A stretch of 29,289 nt of DNA from a virus (Duplodnaviria > Caudoviricetes). This document shows positions 16,862 through 26,549 of the stretch, in pieces. Location of the stretch: positions 1-29,289 of IMG/VR virus record IMGVR_UViG_3300012953_000153; one strand, written 5' to 3'. Below the pieces are notes generated by a model. The model did no database searches, was not told the DNA's origin, and worked only from the letters and a program-made list of their open reading frames with translations. The position numbers and the translations under genes were made by a program. How positions within the stretch are numbered: position 1 is the first letter of the stretch; the number at the start of each line of letters is the position of its first letter.

Positions 16862-17892
16862 AAATTCTCCTAATAACCGATCAACACTTCGGTGTTCGCA
16901 ATGATAACGTTGCGTACATTAATATGTACAAAAAGTTTTATGGTGAGATAGTCATACCTTTCATCAAAGCACATAAAGTAGATACCATTATCAACTTAGG
17001 TGATACATTTGACAAGAGAAAGAGTATTAACTTCCTATCTCTAGATGCTGCTAGAGAGATGTGGTTTGACCCACTTAGAGAGATGGGTGTTCAGATGACT
17101 ACTCTTATTGGTAATCATGATATCTATTACAAGAACACACTTAGAGTAAATGCTATACGAGAACTACTGGGAGAGTATGAAAACATCAATATTATTGAAT
17201 CTGCAACTACCATTAACTTTGACGGTACTGATATTCTCTTCTTACCTTGGATATGTGATGACAACAGAGATGCCATATACAGAGAAATCAATGAGACTAC
17301 TGCTCGCTGCTGTTTTGGCCATCTTGAACTTAATGGCTTTGAAGCTCATCCAGGTGCTGTCATGACCTTTGGGGTTGATAGAGATCCCTTTTTAAAATTT
17401 GATAAAGTATTTACTGGACACTATCATATGAAGTCCAGACAAGATAACATTGTATATCTAGGTAATCCATATCAGTTGTACTGGAATGATTATGGATGTA
17501 AACGTGGGTTCCACATGTTTGATACGGATACTCTAAAGACTACATTCTATAGAAATCCATTTGACATGTTCCACAAAATCTACTATAATGATGGGTGTGT
17601 CTTACCTGACCTAGAAACTATTAAGGGTACTTATGTCAAATTGATAGTAGAACACAAGTCAGATCAGATTGATTTTGACAAGACTGTTCGTATTCTACAG
17701 GGGTCTGAACTAGCAGACTTAAAGATCATTGAAGATCTTGGTACTGTTCTAGAAAAACAACTAGAGGTAGTAGAGTCCGAAGACACTTTAACTCTGCTAG
17801 AGTCCTACATAGATGAGATGGAGATGAAACAAAACAAAGAAAACATCAAATCCATAATGAAATCTCTCTACGTAGAAGCATGTTCATACTAG
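16858..17892 (+). CDS. g47: recombination endonuclease subunit gp47 (Mre11/SbcD-like)
   Basis: TDQHFG, GDTFD, GNHD, GHL, GHYH phosphoesterase motifs. Confidence 0.95.
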   Translation: MKILLITDQHFGVRNDNVAYINMYKKFYGEIVIPFIKAHKVDTIINLGDTFDKRKSINFLSLDAAREMWFDPLREMGVQMTTLIGNHDIYYKNTLRVNAIRELLGEYENINIIESATTINFDGTDILFLPWICDDNRDAIYREINETTARCCFGHLELNGFEAHPGAVMTFGVDRDPFLKFDKVFTGHYHMKSRQDNIVYLGNPYQLYWNDYGCKRGFHMFDTDTLKTTFYRNPFDMFHKIYYNDGCVLPDLETIKGTYVKLIVEHKSDQIDFDKTVRILQGSELADLKIIEDLGTVLEKQLEVVESEDTLTLLESYIDEMEMKQNKENIKSIMKSLYVEACSY

Positions 17893-18158
17893 TAGATAAG
17901 AGCAACGATGGTGTTTACGCTGTTAAAGACCAAGAGAAGAAGAAGATAGTTCATATCTTTCAAGAAAGAGACGATGCGGAACGTTACTTAGTTCATCTAG
18001 AAGCAAGACCTGAGCAACCTAAGTCTGGTGAATATAAGAATGATAATCTAAGAATTGCTAATATTGATGTTGACATAGTTGCTGCCAACTGTAAACAGTT
18101 TGGTTACCGCTATACCATTATTGAACCTGATGCCTTGGTGATACCACCTGAATTATGA
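17880..18158 (+). CDS. small conserved cyanophage hypothetical
   Basis: GVYAV..FQERDDAERY pattern; coupled to both g47 and g46. Confidence 0.75.
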   Translation: MFILVDKSNDGVYAVKDQEKKKIVHIFQERDDAERYLVHLEARPEQPKSGEYKNDNLRIANIDVDIVAANCKQFGYRYTIIEPDALVIPPEL

Positions 18159-19876
18159 TTGTTTTTGAAAAGATTCGTTGGAAGAATTTCCTAGCAACAG
18201 GAGATCATTTCACCGAAATTGAATTGGATAGTGACCGAAGCACTCTAATTGTTGGTACTAATGGTGCAGGTAAATCAACCATACTAGATGCTATTACCTT
18301 TGTATTGTTTAATAAACCTTTTAGAAAGGTTAGTAAAGGTCAACTAGTAAACACTATTAATGAGAAAGGAACTGTAGTTGAGATAGAGTTTTCTACACAT
18401 GGTAGAAAGTATTTGGTACGTCGTCAAATGAAACCTGCCAAGTTTGAGATATTTGAAAACAATGACTTGGTAGATCAGGATGCTGCTAATAGAGATTACC
18501 AAAAGTATCTTGAACAAACCATTTTAAAATTAAACTTTAAAAGTTTTACACAGGTTGTTATACTAGGGAGTAGTACGTTTGTTCCATTCATGCAATTGAA
18601 TGCTAGTGTTAGACGTGAAGTTGTAGAAGATCTATTAGATATTCAGATCTTTGGTGTGATGAATACCCTTCTTAAAGATCGTATTAAAGAATCACAAGAC
18701 AAAGGTAGAGATTGTGATCATCTTCTTGCAGTAGCAGAGGAAAGAATTGAGACTCAACAGTCTCATATTGATAAAATCAATGCCATTAATGAAGAAAGAG
18801 TTAAGGAAAAAGAAGATGATCTTAAAAATAATAAAGATTTGATTAAGAATTTAAAAAAAGAAAGCAAGAGTGTTGAATTTAAACTAAAAAAGAAAGAACC
18901 CGAAATCAATAGTTACAAAAATGTTAAGAAAGATTTAGAAAAGCTTCAATCTTTGCGTATAAAGATAGAGCATCGTCAGGCATCCCTGTTAAAAGAACTA
19001 AAATTCTTTAATGGTAATGAGGTTTGTCCTACATGTACACAACCTATTGGTACAGAATTTAAAGAACATAAGTGTAGCAAATTAGATGAAGAGTCCAGTA
19101 AATATGGGGAAGGTCTAGTAAAATTAGAATCACAAATTAAAGATACTCTTGAAGATGTAAGTAAACTAGAAAAATTAAACACTCTTATCTTTAATTTAAA
19201 GAACAATTTAAACAACCTTGAACGAGATGCTTTAAAACTAGAGAAAAATAATTTAATTTTAAACAAACAAATACAATCTTTAACTGAAGAACAACCTAAT
19301 TTAAAAGAAGAATTGAATACTTTAAAAGATTTAAAGCAAAAGTTCAAACAAGTTGAAGAAGATTGTAGTGGTATCAATAAGGTTCTTGATGAGTATACTG
19401 CTGTGTCCTATATGTTAAAGGATAGTGGAATTAAAAGTAAGGTTATTAATAAGTACATTCCAATTTTTAACACACTCATTAATAAATACCTTCAATCAAT
19501 GGATTTCTATGTGAACTTTACTCTTGATGAGGAGTTCAATGAGGTGATCAGATCAAGATTTAGAGACCATTTCTCATACGCATCTTTCTCTGAAGGAGAG
19601 AAACAAAAGATTGACCTAGCACTTCTCTTTACATGGAGAGAGGTAGCACGTATGAAGAACTCAGCAGCAACTAATCTTTTAATTCTTGATGAAGTTTTTG
19701 ATAGTTCATTAGATGATTCCTCTACTCAGGAACTACTGAAGATCCTAAGAGATTTAGGTTCTACCACTAACGTGTTTGTGATCTCTCATAAAGGTGAGAT
19801 CCTACAAGATAAGTTCATGAGAACTTTAAAATTTGAGAAGTTGAATGACTTTTCTAAGATGGTGGACGCTTTATAA
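18155..19876 (+). CDS. g46: recombination endonuclease ATPase gp46 (Rad50/SbcC-like)
   Basis: GTNGAGKS, coiled coil with CPTC zinc hook, FSEGE signature, LILDEVFD. Confidence 0.96.
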   Translation: MIVFEKIRWKNFLATGDHFTEIELDSDRSTLIVGTNGAGKSTILDAITFVLFNKPFRKVSKGQLVNTINEKGTVVEIEFSTHGRKYLVRRQMKPAKFEIFENNDLVDQDAANRDYQKYLEQTILKLNFKSFTQVVILGSSTFVPFMQLNASVRREVVEDLLDIQIFGVMNTLLKDRIKESQDKGRDCDHLLAVAEERIETQQSHIDKINAINEERVKEKEDDLKNNKDLIKNLKKESKSVEFKLKKKEPEINSYKNVKKDLEKLQSLRIKIEHRQASLLKELKFFNGNEVCPTCTQPIGTEFKEHKCSKLDEESSKYGEGLVKLESQIKDTLEDVSKLEKLNTLIFNLKNNLNNLERDALKLEKNNLILNKQIQSLTEEQPNLKEELNTLKDLKQKFKQVEEDCSGINKVLDEYTAVSYMLKDSGIKSKVINKYIPIFNTLINKYLQSMDFYVNFTLDEEFNEVIRSRFRDHFSYASFSEGEKQKIDLALLFTWREVARMKNSAATNLLILDEVFDSSLDDSSTQELLKILRDLGSTTNVFVISHKGEILQDKFMRTLKFEKLNDFSKMVDAL

Positions 19877-19919
19877 ACTGTCCCTAGGGTAGACCATTGC
19901 ATACTAGGTATGCTATAAT
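19874..19919 (+). promoter_or_regulatory. early-type promoter (extended -10 TGCTATAAT with upstream TAAACTGTCCC box)
   Basis: TATAAT 19914-19919; weak -35 TAGACC; upstream box shared with the 22395 promoter. Confidence 0.7.
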
Positions 19920-19941
19920 ATGTACATACACAGGGAAATGA

Positions 19942-22146
19942 ATGGCAGTAAACACAGAAGTCAAAGGTCAACTTGCTAAACTACTAGCAACAGAGAACTT
20001 ACATGTGGAGCATCGTAAGATCTCAACAGCATACTTTGATGTTCAGAAAAGAGTCCTTGCTTTACCTATCTGGAAAGATGTAACAGGTAATGTATATGAC
20101 ATGCTTGTAGGACACGAAGTTGGTCATGCACTTTATACTCCATTAGAACTACTAGAAGATGCTCCTAAAGATTTTGTAAACGTTGTAGAAGATGCAAGAA
20201 TTGAGAAGATGATGAAGAAGACCTATCCTGGTCTACGTAAGTCTTTCTACCAAGGTTATAATGAGTTATTTGCTAGAGATTTCTTCGGAGTAAAAGAACA
20301 AGATGTTTCTAAACTAGCATTCATTGATAGAATAAATCTTCACTATAAGATTGGTTCTTTACTACAAGTACCTTTCAGTGCTGAGGAACTACCATGGGTT
20401 GAGAGAGTTGGTAAGTGTGAAACATTCCAAGAAGTTAAGCAACTATCAAAAGAATTATATGAGTACTGTGAAGGTAAGCAACTAGCAAAAGAAGAAGATT
20501 TAGATATAGATGACCTACCAGAAATCTTTGGTGGCGGTGGTGATCAAGCACCAACTGGTGAAGAAACAGAGCAAGTAGATTACACTCCAGTACAGAAGAA
20601 TACTGATGATGAGGTTCAAGATGGTGGTGCAGATGAAGGTCAAACACCAGTACCTCAAGATGCTCCTAAAGATCCTGCTCAACTAGATGTTCCTAGTTAC
20701 AGCAGAGGTACTGAAAGACCTGATACACCTGACGAAACAGTTGCTACTACTCAAGAAGCATTTGAAGAAGCACAAGAAGAGTTAGTTGATGATGATGCTA
20801 AGGAGTGGGTATACTTAGATCTACCTAAGATTCACTTAGAAAATATAGTTGTACCTTACAAAGAGATTGTTGAAGATCTTAGATACCACTTCTTAGGTCA
20901 TGCTCATACTGATAAAGAAGAGCAAGAACGTTACAACAAGCAATTAGAATTCAACTTTGGTAAGTTCAATGAGTTCAAGAAGTCATCAACCAAGACAGTT
21001 AACTATCTTGTTAAGCAGTTTGAAATGAAAAAGTCTGCTGCTAACTATCAACGTGCAGCAACTTCTAAGTCTGGAGTTATCAATACTAATTCACTATACA
21101 AGTATAAGATTAGTGAAGACATCTTTAAGAGAGTTACTACAGTTCCTGATGGTAAGAACCATGGTTTAGTAATGCATCTTGATTGGTCAGGTTCTATGAC
21201 AGATCATACTCCTACTGGATGTGTTCTTACTGATACTCTTAAGCAAGTATACAACCTAATGTGGTTTTGTAAGAAAGTAAACATTCCATTCAGAGTATAT
21301 GCATTCAACTGTGGATGGCATAGTAAAGGTGAAGCAAAGAAAACATATACTCCTCAAGAGAATCATCTAGCATTAACTGAGCATTTTGAAATGTATGAGT
21401 TCTTCAGTTCTAAAATGAATAAGCAAGAACTAGAGAATCAAATGAAATTTATTTGGACTCAAGCATGGACATTCAAATCATACTATGGTATTAATGCTCA
21501 TCCTAACTACACACTAGGTGGTACACCTCTTGCTGAAGCAGTTATATGTACTAAGCAATTAGTTACTAACTTCAAGAATGAAGAAAAGGTTGATAAGGTT
21601 AACGTTGTAATCTTATCTGATGGTGAGTCAAATCCAATGTCATATGCTACTAAGAGAACTGAAACTTGGTCAATAGATGATCAATGGAAAACTTCATACC
21701 TATGTCATTCTAGAATGAAGTCATACATCCTTCGTGATAAAGCATCACGTTATTCTAAGAGAATATCATCTCAACATCAATTAACTACAAAAGAGATTGT
21801 AGGATTCATGAAAGAAGTTACTGACTATAACTGGATAGGTATTCGTATCGGTGACAAATCTGACATGAATGCAATTCTTAATCAGTGTAATATTTTCTGG
21901 GAAGATCAGATTCCTTACAATAAGCAATGGAGTAAGGAAAGATTCGTAAACACAGATAAATATGGATACAGTGAACTTCTAATCCTAGGTTCTTCAAACG
22001 TAGGTGGTGATACCCAAGATCTAAATGTTAAGGTTAAAGGTGAAGTTGCAACTGCGGGTGAACTTACTAGAGCATTCAAGAAACACATGGGTTCTAAGAT
22101 GACTAACAAGTTAATCCTTAATAAATTTGTGGAGCAAATCGCATGA
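19942..22146 (+). CDS. metallopeptidase-vWA protein (CobT-like partner of CobS)
   Basis: HEVGH and NVVEDARIE N-domain, acidic linker, MIDAS LDWSGSM..GGTPL..LSDGES. Confidence 0.85.
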   Translation: MAVNTEVKGQLAKLLATENLHVEHRKISTAYFDVQKRVLALPIWKDVTGNVYDMLVGHEVGHALYTPLELLEDAPKDFVNVVEDARIEKMMKKTYPGLRKSFYQGYNELFARDFFGVKEQDVSKLAFIDRINLHYKIGSLLQVPFSAEELPWVERVGKCETFQEVKQLSKELYEYCEGKQLAKEEDLDIDDLPEIFGGGGDQAPTGEETEQVDYTPVQKNTDDEVQDGGADEGQTPVPQDAPKDPAQLDVPSYSRGTERPDTPDETVATTQEAFEEAQEELVDDDAKEWVYLDLPKIHLENIVVPYKEIVEDLRYHFLGHAHTDKEEQERYNKQLEFNFGKFNEFKKSSTKTVNYLVKQFEMKKSAANYQRAATSKSGVINTNSLYKYKISEDIFKRVTTVPDGKNHGLVMHLDWSGSMTDHTPTGCVLTDTLKQVYNLMWFCKKVNIPFRVYAFNCGWHSKGEAKKTYTPQENHLALTEHFEMYEFFSSKMNKQELENQMKFIWTQAWTFKSYYGINAHPNYTLGGTPLAEAVICTKQLVTNFKNEEKVDKVNVVILSDGESNPMSYATKRTETWSIDDQWKTSYLCHSRMKSYILRDKASRYSKRISSQHQLTTKEIVGFMKEVTDYNWIGIRIGDKSDMNAILNQCNIFWEDQIPYNKQWSKERFVNTDKYGYSELLILGSSNVGGDTQDLNVKVKGEVATAGELTRAFKKHMGSKMTNKLILNKFVEQIA

Positions 22147-22397
22147 GTTTACCGAAGTGGAACTTCAAATACTATTATAAAGAAGATCGTGAAAAACTAT
22201 ATGAGGGGCATGTGTTTGCCCCTACTCAGGCACGAGCATGTCTGAATTTTCAAGCAGGTTTTCCCAATGCTTTTATGAAAGATTATCCTACTGTAGATCC
22301 ATCTATGCCCATTACTGGTGGTGGTAGTCAGGAGGATATTGCTATGGATAGTTTAAATAATTTAGGGTCATCAACCACAGGTAAACCCAATTTTTAA
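22143..22397 (+). CDS. hypothetical protein
   Basis: 84 aa ORF with ATGA overlap to the upstream gene. Confidence 0.6.
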   Translation: MSLPKWNFKYYYKEDREKLYEGHVFAPTQARACLNFQAGFPNAFMKDYPTVDPSMPITGGGSQEDIAMDSLNNLGSSTTGKPNF

Positions 22398-22441
22398 AGT
22401 GGCACATTGACCTAGCATTATAGTAGAATTACTGCTATAAT
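22395..22441 (+). promoter_or_regulatory. early-type promoter (TGCTATAAT with upstream TAAAGTGGCAC box)
   Basis: TATAAT 22436-22441 ahead of cobS. Confidence 0.7.
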
Positions 22442-22468
22442 ATTATTATAAACAAAAAACAAATACAA

Positions 22469-23569
22469 ATGCCAAAAAAATCTGAAGTCTCAACTGCTGA
22501 TCTAAAAAGATTCATCAAAAGAAAATACGGTAACGAGTTTGGAAACGATGCTATTCGTGCCTGTGTTACTAAGTTTGACATAACACAACCAACAGTTTTT
22601 AAAAGACTATCAGATTTTAAAGTTGGAAGAGGTAAGTGGAATCTTACTGTAGCAGATCTAGAGAAAACATTCTCAGCACCTTCTGCTAAGGTTGAAGCAA
22701 ACTTGGTACCTGCTAAGGATTCAACATTTGTTCCCTTCGGTGCTTACAATGACATTAAGAAGATCATCTCATCCAAGTCTTATTATCCAGTATTCATTAC
22801 TGGTTTATCTGGTAACGGTAAAACTGTATCTGTTGAGCAAGCATGTGCTAATGCCAAACGTGATTTGATACGTGTGAACATTACTATTGAAACTGATGAA
22901 GACGATCTTATCGGTGGTTTCCGTCTAGTCAATGGTGACACAGTATGGCATAACGGTCCTGTTGTTGAAGCACTTGAGAAAGGTGCAGTTCTTCTCTTAG
23001 ACGAGATTGATCTAGCATCTAACAAAATTCTTTGCTTACAATCTGTACTAGAGGGTAAAGGTTTATTCCTCAAGAAGATTGGAAAGTATGTTAGACCCGC
23101 AGCAGGATTTACTGTAGTTGCTACTGCTAACACTAAGGGTAAAGGATCTGACGATGGTAGATTCATTGGTACTAATGTACTTAATGAAGCATTCCTTGAG
23201 AGATTCCCTGTAACCTTTGAACAGGCATATCCTTCTCCTGTTACTGAGACTCGTATTCTTACTAACATTAAATGTGAGAAAGAGTTTGCTGAGAACCTAG
23301 TTAAGTGGGCAGGTGCAATCCGTAAAACATTCTATGATGGTGGAGTAGATGAGATCATTACTACACGTCGTTTAGTTCACATTGCTCAAGCGTACCATAT
23401 CTTTGGTGACAAGTTAAAGGCATTGACCAATTGTATCAATCGTTTTGATGATGATACTAAGCAATCATTCCTTGATTTATACACAAAGGTTGACGCAGGA
23501 GAAGAAACAGTGTATAATGAAGACGGACAAATGACAGACGAGCAATTGCTTGCATCATTAGATGAATAA
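22469..23569 (+). CDS. cobS: CobS-like MoxR-type AAA+ ATPase
   Basis: GLSGNGKT, LLLDEID, ATANTKGKG, NEAFLERF, ITTRRL. Confidence 0.92.
   Translation: MPKKSEVSTADLKRFIKRKYGNEFGNDAIRACVTKFDITQPTVFKRLSDFKVGRGKWNLTVADLEKTFSAPSAKVEANLVPAKDSTFVPFGAYNDIKKIISSKSYYPVFITGLSGNGKTVSVEQACANAKRDLIRVNITIETDEDDLIGGFRLVNGDTVWHNGPVVEALEKGAVLLLDEIDLASNKILCLQSVLEGKGLFLKKIGKYVRPAAGFTVVATANTKGKGSDDGRFIGTNVLNEAFLERFPVTFEQAYPSPVTETRILTNIKCEKEFAENLVKWAGAIRKTFYDGGVDEIITTRRLVHIAQAYHIFGDKLKALTNCINRFDDDTKQSFLDLYTKVDAGEETVYNEDGQMTDEQLLASLDE
23490..23518 (+). promoter_or_regulatory. internal sigma70 promoter TTGACG-N17-TATAAT in the cobS 3' end
   Basis: TTGACG 23490-95, TATAAT 23513-18; upstream of the replication genes. 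Confidence 0.7.
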
Positions 23570-23879
23570 CAAGTATAGTGAACAGGAGATCTTGAAAGAG
23601 ATCTCCGATTACATTTCAAACACATACCGAGGTCATTATTCTGTAGGAAACGTACAGACTCTTGACCTTATTGATTCTGTGGGTGACGCAGAAGCATTCT
23701 GTAGAAGTAATGTTCTGAAATATGCATCAAGGTATGATCGTAAAGGATCTGCAAGGAAAGATATTATCAAGATCATTCACTATGGTATGCTACTCTTACA
23801 TTTCAATGATAAGAGAGAAGCAGCAAATCAATCAATCGCAAACAATCCTACAGCATTCTCAGTTGACTACGACAAATGA
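23562..23879 (+). CDS. DUF3310-like conserved phage protein
   Basis: HYS..QTLDLI, AFCRSNVLKYASRYDRKG..DIIKIIHY. Confidence 0.75.
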   Translation: MNNKYSEQEILKEISDYISNTYRGHYSVGNVQTLDLIDSVGDAEAFCRSNVLKYASRYDRKGSARKDIIKIIHYGMLLLHFNDKREAANQSIANNPTAFSVDYDK

Positions 23880-24529
23880 CAGTAATTTCTAGAGAGACCA
23901 TTGATATTCTGAAGAACTTCAGCAGTATCAACAAGTCTATTGTAATTAAACCAGGTAACACTATTAGAACTCTTAGTGTTAACAAGAACATCCTTGCCTC
24001 AGCAAGTATTGAAGAAAGTATTGATCAACAGATTTCAATTTATGATCTTAGTTCTTTCCTAGGTTGCTTGAGTTTGTTTGATCAACCTCAATTTGATACT
24101 ACTAACACACAGTATCTAACTGTAACTAACAGTAGTGGTAAATCTAAGACTAGATTTTTCTATGCTGACCCTGATGTTATAGTACAACCACCAGATAAAG
24201 ATCTTGATCTTCCTTCAGAAGATGTACGTTTTGTTTTAAGTGCTGAGAATTTGAATGCACTTCAACGTGCAGCAGCAGTATATGGTGTACCTGATCTATG
24301 TCTTGTAGCACATAATGGTAAGATGACCTTACGTGTTACTGATAAGAAGAACGATACATCCAATTCATACACAGTAGAAGTTGGTGAAACCGATGCTGAG
24401 TATTGCTATTGTTTTAAGATTGAAAATTTAAAGTTAGTTCCTTGTGATTATCAAGTAACTATTAGTGATGCTAATGTTGCTTTCTTTCAAGGTACAAATA
24501 TCAGATACTGGATTGCCCTTGAACCATGA
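23876..24529 (+). CDS. g45: sliding clamp (gp45)
   Basis: LKNFSSINKSI, IYDLSSFL, FKIENLK, YWIALE. Confidence 0.95.
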   Translation: MTVISRETIDILKNFSSINKSIVIKPGNTIRTLSVNKNILASASIEESIDQQISIYDLSSFLGCLSLFDQPQFDTTNTQYLTVTNSSGKSKTRFFYADPDVIVQPPDKDLDLPSEDVRFVLSAENLNALQRAAAVYGVPDLCLVAHNGKMTLRVTDKKNDTSNSYTVEVGETDAEYCYCFKIENLKLVPCDYQVTISDANVAFFQGTNIRYWIALEP

Positions 24530-25068
24530 AGAGTGTATGGAAACATACGTTGAAAGTACATAAGCAGTTAAAGAATCCACTGCTAAGATCCATAGCATAT
24601 ACAACTGCTAGTAATTGTACACAACCTAATGGTGATCAGATCTCAAGAACTGATTACTATGAGAAAGTACAACTAACAGATAAGAACTACTTCACACTCT
24701 TCTATGATCAACTAGGAGAGTTTTTTGATGAGGTTGGTGAGAGATATGTGCTTAAAGATTTTGATGTGGTCAATGGATGGTTTCAGCAATATCAAACAAC
24801 TGATATTCATAACTGGCACTTCCATGGAAATACAAATGTTGCATGTGTTTACTTTCTAGAAATGGAAAAGAAAGAAGACAGTACGTTATTATATGATCCT
24901 GACACTATGCTGAAATATCAGCATGATGTTGAAGAAGGTGACATCCTAGTATTTCCAGGATGTATACCTCATTGTTCTCCTGCCTTGACAAACAGCGAGA
25001 GAAAGACTATTATAGGTTTTAACCTATCCTTTAAAACAGCAAACGCTGCTATATTAGATGCCAAGTGA
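24526..25068 (+). CDS. putative 2OG-Fe(II) oxygenase (HxH type)
   Basis: WFQQY..HNWHFH, CVYFL, EEGDILVFPGCIPH, RKTIIGFN. Confidence 0.75.
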   Translation: MKSVWKHTLKVHKQLKNPLLRSIAYTTASNCTQPNGDQISRTDYYEKVQLTDKNYFTLFYDQLGEFFDEVGERYVLKDFDVVNGWFQQYQTTDIHNWHFHGNTNVACVYFLEMEKKEDSTLLYDPDTMLKYQHDVEEGDILVFPGCIPHCSPALTNSERKTIIGFNLSFKTANAAILDAK

Positions 25069-26002
25069 TTTCCTCTGGGTAGAGAAGTACAGACCCACAA
25101 AAATTGATGATTGTATTCTCACTGATTCTATTAAGGATACTTTCAAATCTTTCCTAGATAAAGGTGAGATACCAAATCTCTTACTAGCAGGTCCGCCTGG
25201 CGTAGGTAAGACCACGGTAGCAAAAGCATTATGCAATGAGTTAGGAGCAGATTTCTATGTCATTAATGGGTCTGATGAAGGTAGATTCTTGGACACTGTA
25301 CGCAATCAGGCAAAGACCTTTGCTTCTACTGTCTCTCTTGTTGGTGGAGCGAAGCACAAAGTACTTATTATTGATGAAGCAGATAATACCACCAATGATG
25401 TCCAGTTACTATTACGTGCAAGCATTGAAGAGTTTCAAAAGAACTGTCGTTTTATCTTTACATGCAACTACAAAAACCGTATCATTGAACCCCTCCATTC
25501 TCGTTGTAGCGTTGTTGAATTTGGTATAACTGGTAAGGCAAAGATGGAACTGTCTCAGCAGTTCTTCAAACGTGTTAATACTATTCTCGGTACAGAGAAT
25601 GTTGAGTTTGAGATGAAGGTAGTTGCTGAGTTGATCAAGAAGTACTTCCCTGATTGGAGAAGAGTACTGAATGAACTACAACGCTATGCAGCAGGTGGTA
25701 GAATTGATAGTGGTATCCTATCCATTATTGGTGATGCTAAGATGGATAAGTTGGTTGAAGCATTGAAGCAAAAGAATTTTACTAACGTTAAATCATGGGT
25801 AGTTCATAATATTGATAATGATGTTACGAGTTTATTCAGACAGATTTACGACACCCTATATACTAAACTGGAACAGCAGAGTGTTGCTGCTATGGTTCTG
25901 ATCATTGCTGACTATCAGTATAAAGCAGCGTTTGTTGCTGATCAAGAAATCAATCTTCTAGCATGTCTTACACAATTGATGATGGAATGTAATGTCAAAT
26001 AA
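25058..26002 (+). CDS. g44: clamp loader large subunit (gp44)
   Basis: LWVEKYRP, GPPGVGKT, IIDEAD, SRC. Confidence 0.96.
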   Translation: MPSDFLWVEKYRPTKIDDCILTDSIKDTFKSFLDKGEIPNLLLAGPPGVGKTTVAKALCNELGADFYVINGSDEGRFLDTVRNQAKTFASTVSLVGGAKHKVLIIDEADNTTNDVQLLLRASIEEFQKNCRFIFTCNYKNRIIEPLHSRCSVVEFGITGKAKMELSQQFFKRVNTILGTENVEFEMKVVAELIKKYFPDWRRVLNELQRYAAGGRIDSGILSIIGDAKMDKLVEALKQKNFTNVKSWVVHNIDNDVTSLFRQIYDTLYTKLEQQSVAAMVLIIADYQYKAAFVADQEINLLACLTQLMMECNVK

Positions 26003-26549
26003 AGTTGGCGAAATAGCAATCACTCAGAGAAAGATTGATCTACTACAGATGATGAATGAGAGTTGTTATCGTAAAGGTAACTTCAAACTATCATCTGGGA
26101 AAGAAAGTGAACACTATATTAATTGTAAAAATTTAACCTTATCAAGTACTGGACTTCGTATGATCTCGCAGTTAATGTATGAGATGGTAGAAGAGAACTC
26201 TTCAGCAGTAGCAGGTCTTACATTAGGTGCTGATCCCCTTGTAGCAGGTGTGTCATTAACATCCTATGGTAAACTAGATGCATTCATTGTTCGTAAAGAA
26301 CCTAAAGGACATGGAACTCAAGCATGGATTGAAGGTCCTCCTCAAGTAGAAGGTGCTAGAGTTACTATTTTAGAAGATGTAATTACTACAGGTGGTTCAG
26401 CAATTAAGGCAGCAGATATAATGAGGAGAGCAGGTTATCAAGTTGAGAGAGTTGTTAGTATAGTTGATAGACAAGAAGGGGGAGAGCATGCTATAATGAA
26501 TGCAGGTCTAGAACTAAAGAGTATCTTTACTATTGAAGATTTCAAATGA
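25992..26549 (+). CDS. pyrE: orotate phosphoribosyltransferase
   Basis: FKLSSGKESEHYI, GLTLGADP, RKEPKGHG, PRPP loop ILEDVITTGGS. Confidence 0.93.
   Translation: MSNKVGEIAITQRKIDLLQMMNESCYRKGNFKLSSGKESEHYINCKNLTLSSTGLRMISQLMYEMVEENSSAVAGLTLGADPLVAGVSLTSYGKLDAFIVRKEPKGHGTQAWIEGPPQVEGARVTILEDVITTGGSAIKAADIMRRAGYQVERVVSIVDRQEGGEHAIMNAGLELKSIFTIEDFK

Noticed and set aside
22783-23268. 161-aa antisense ORF in cobS (likewise 18976-19377 in g46)
   Set aside because: Codon-register mirror of the sense gene; no independent signals.
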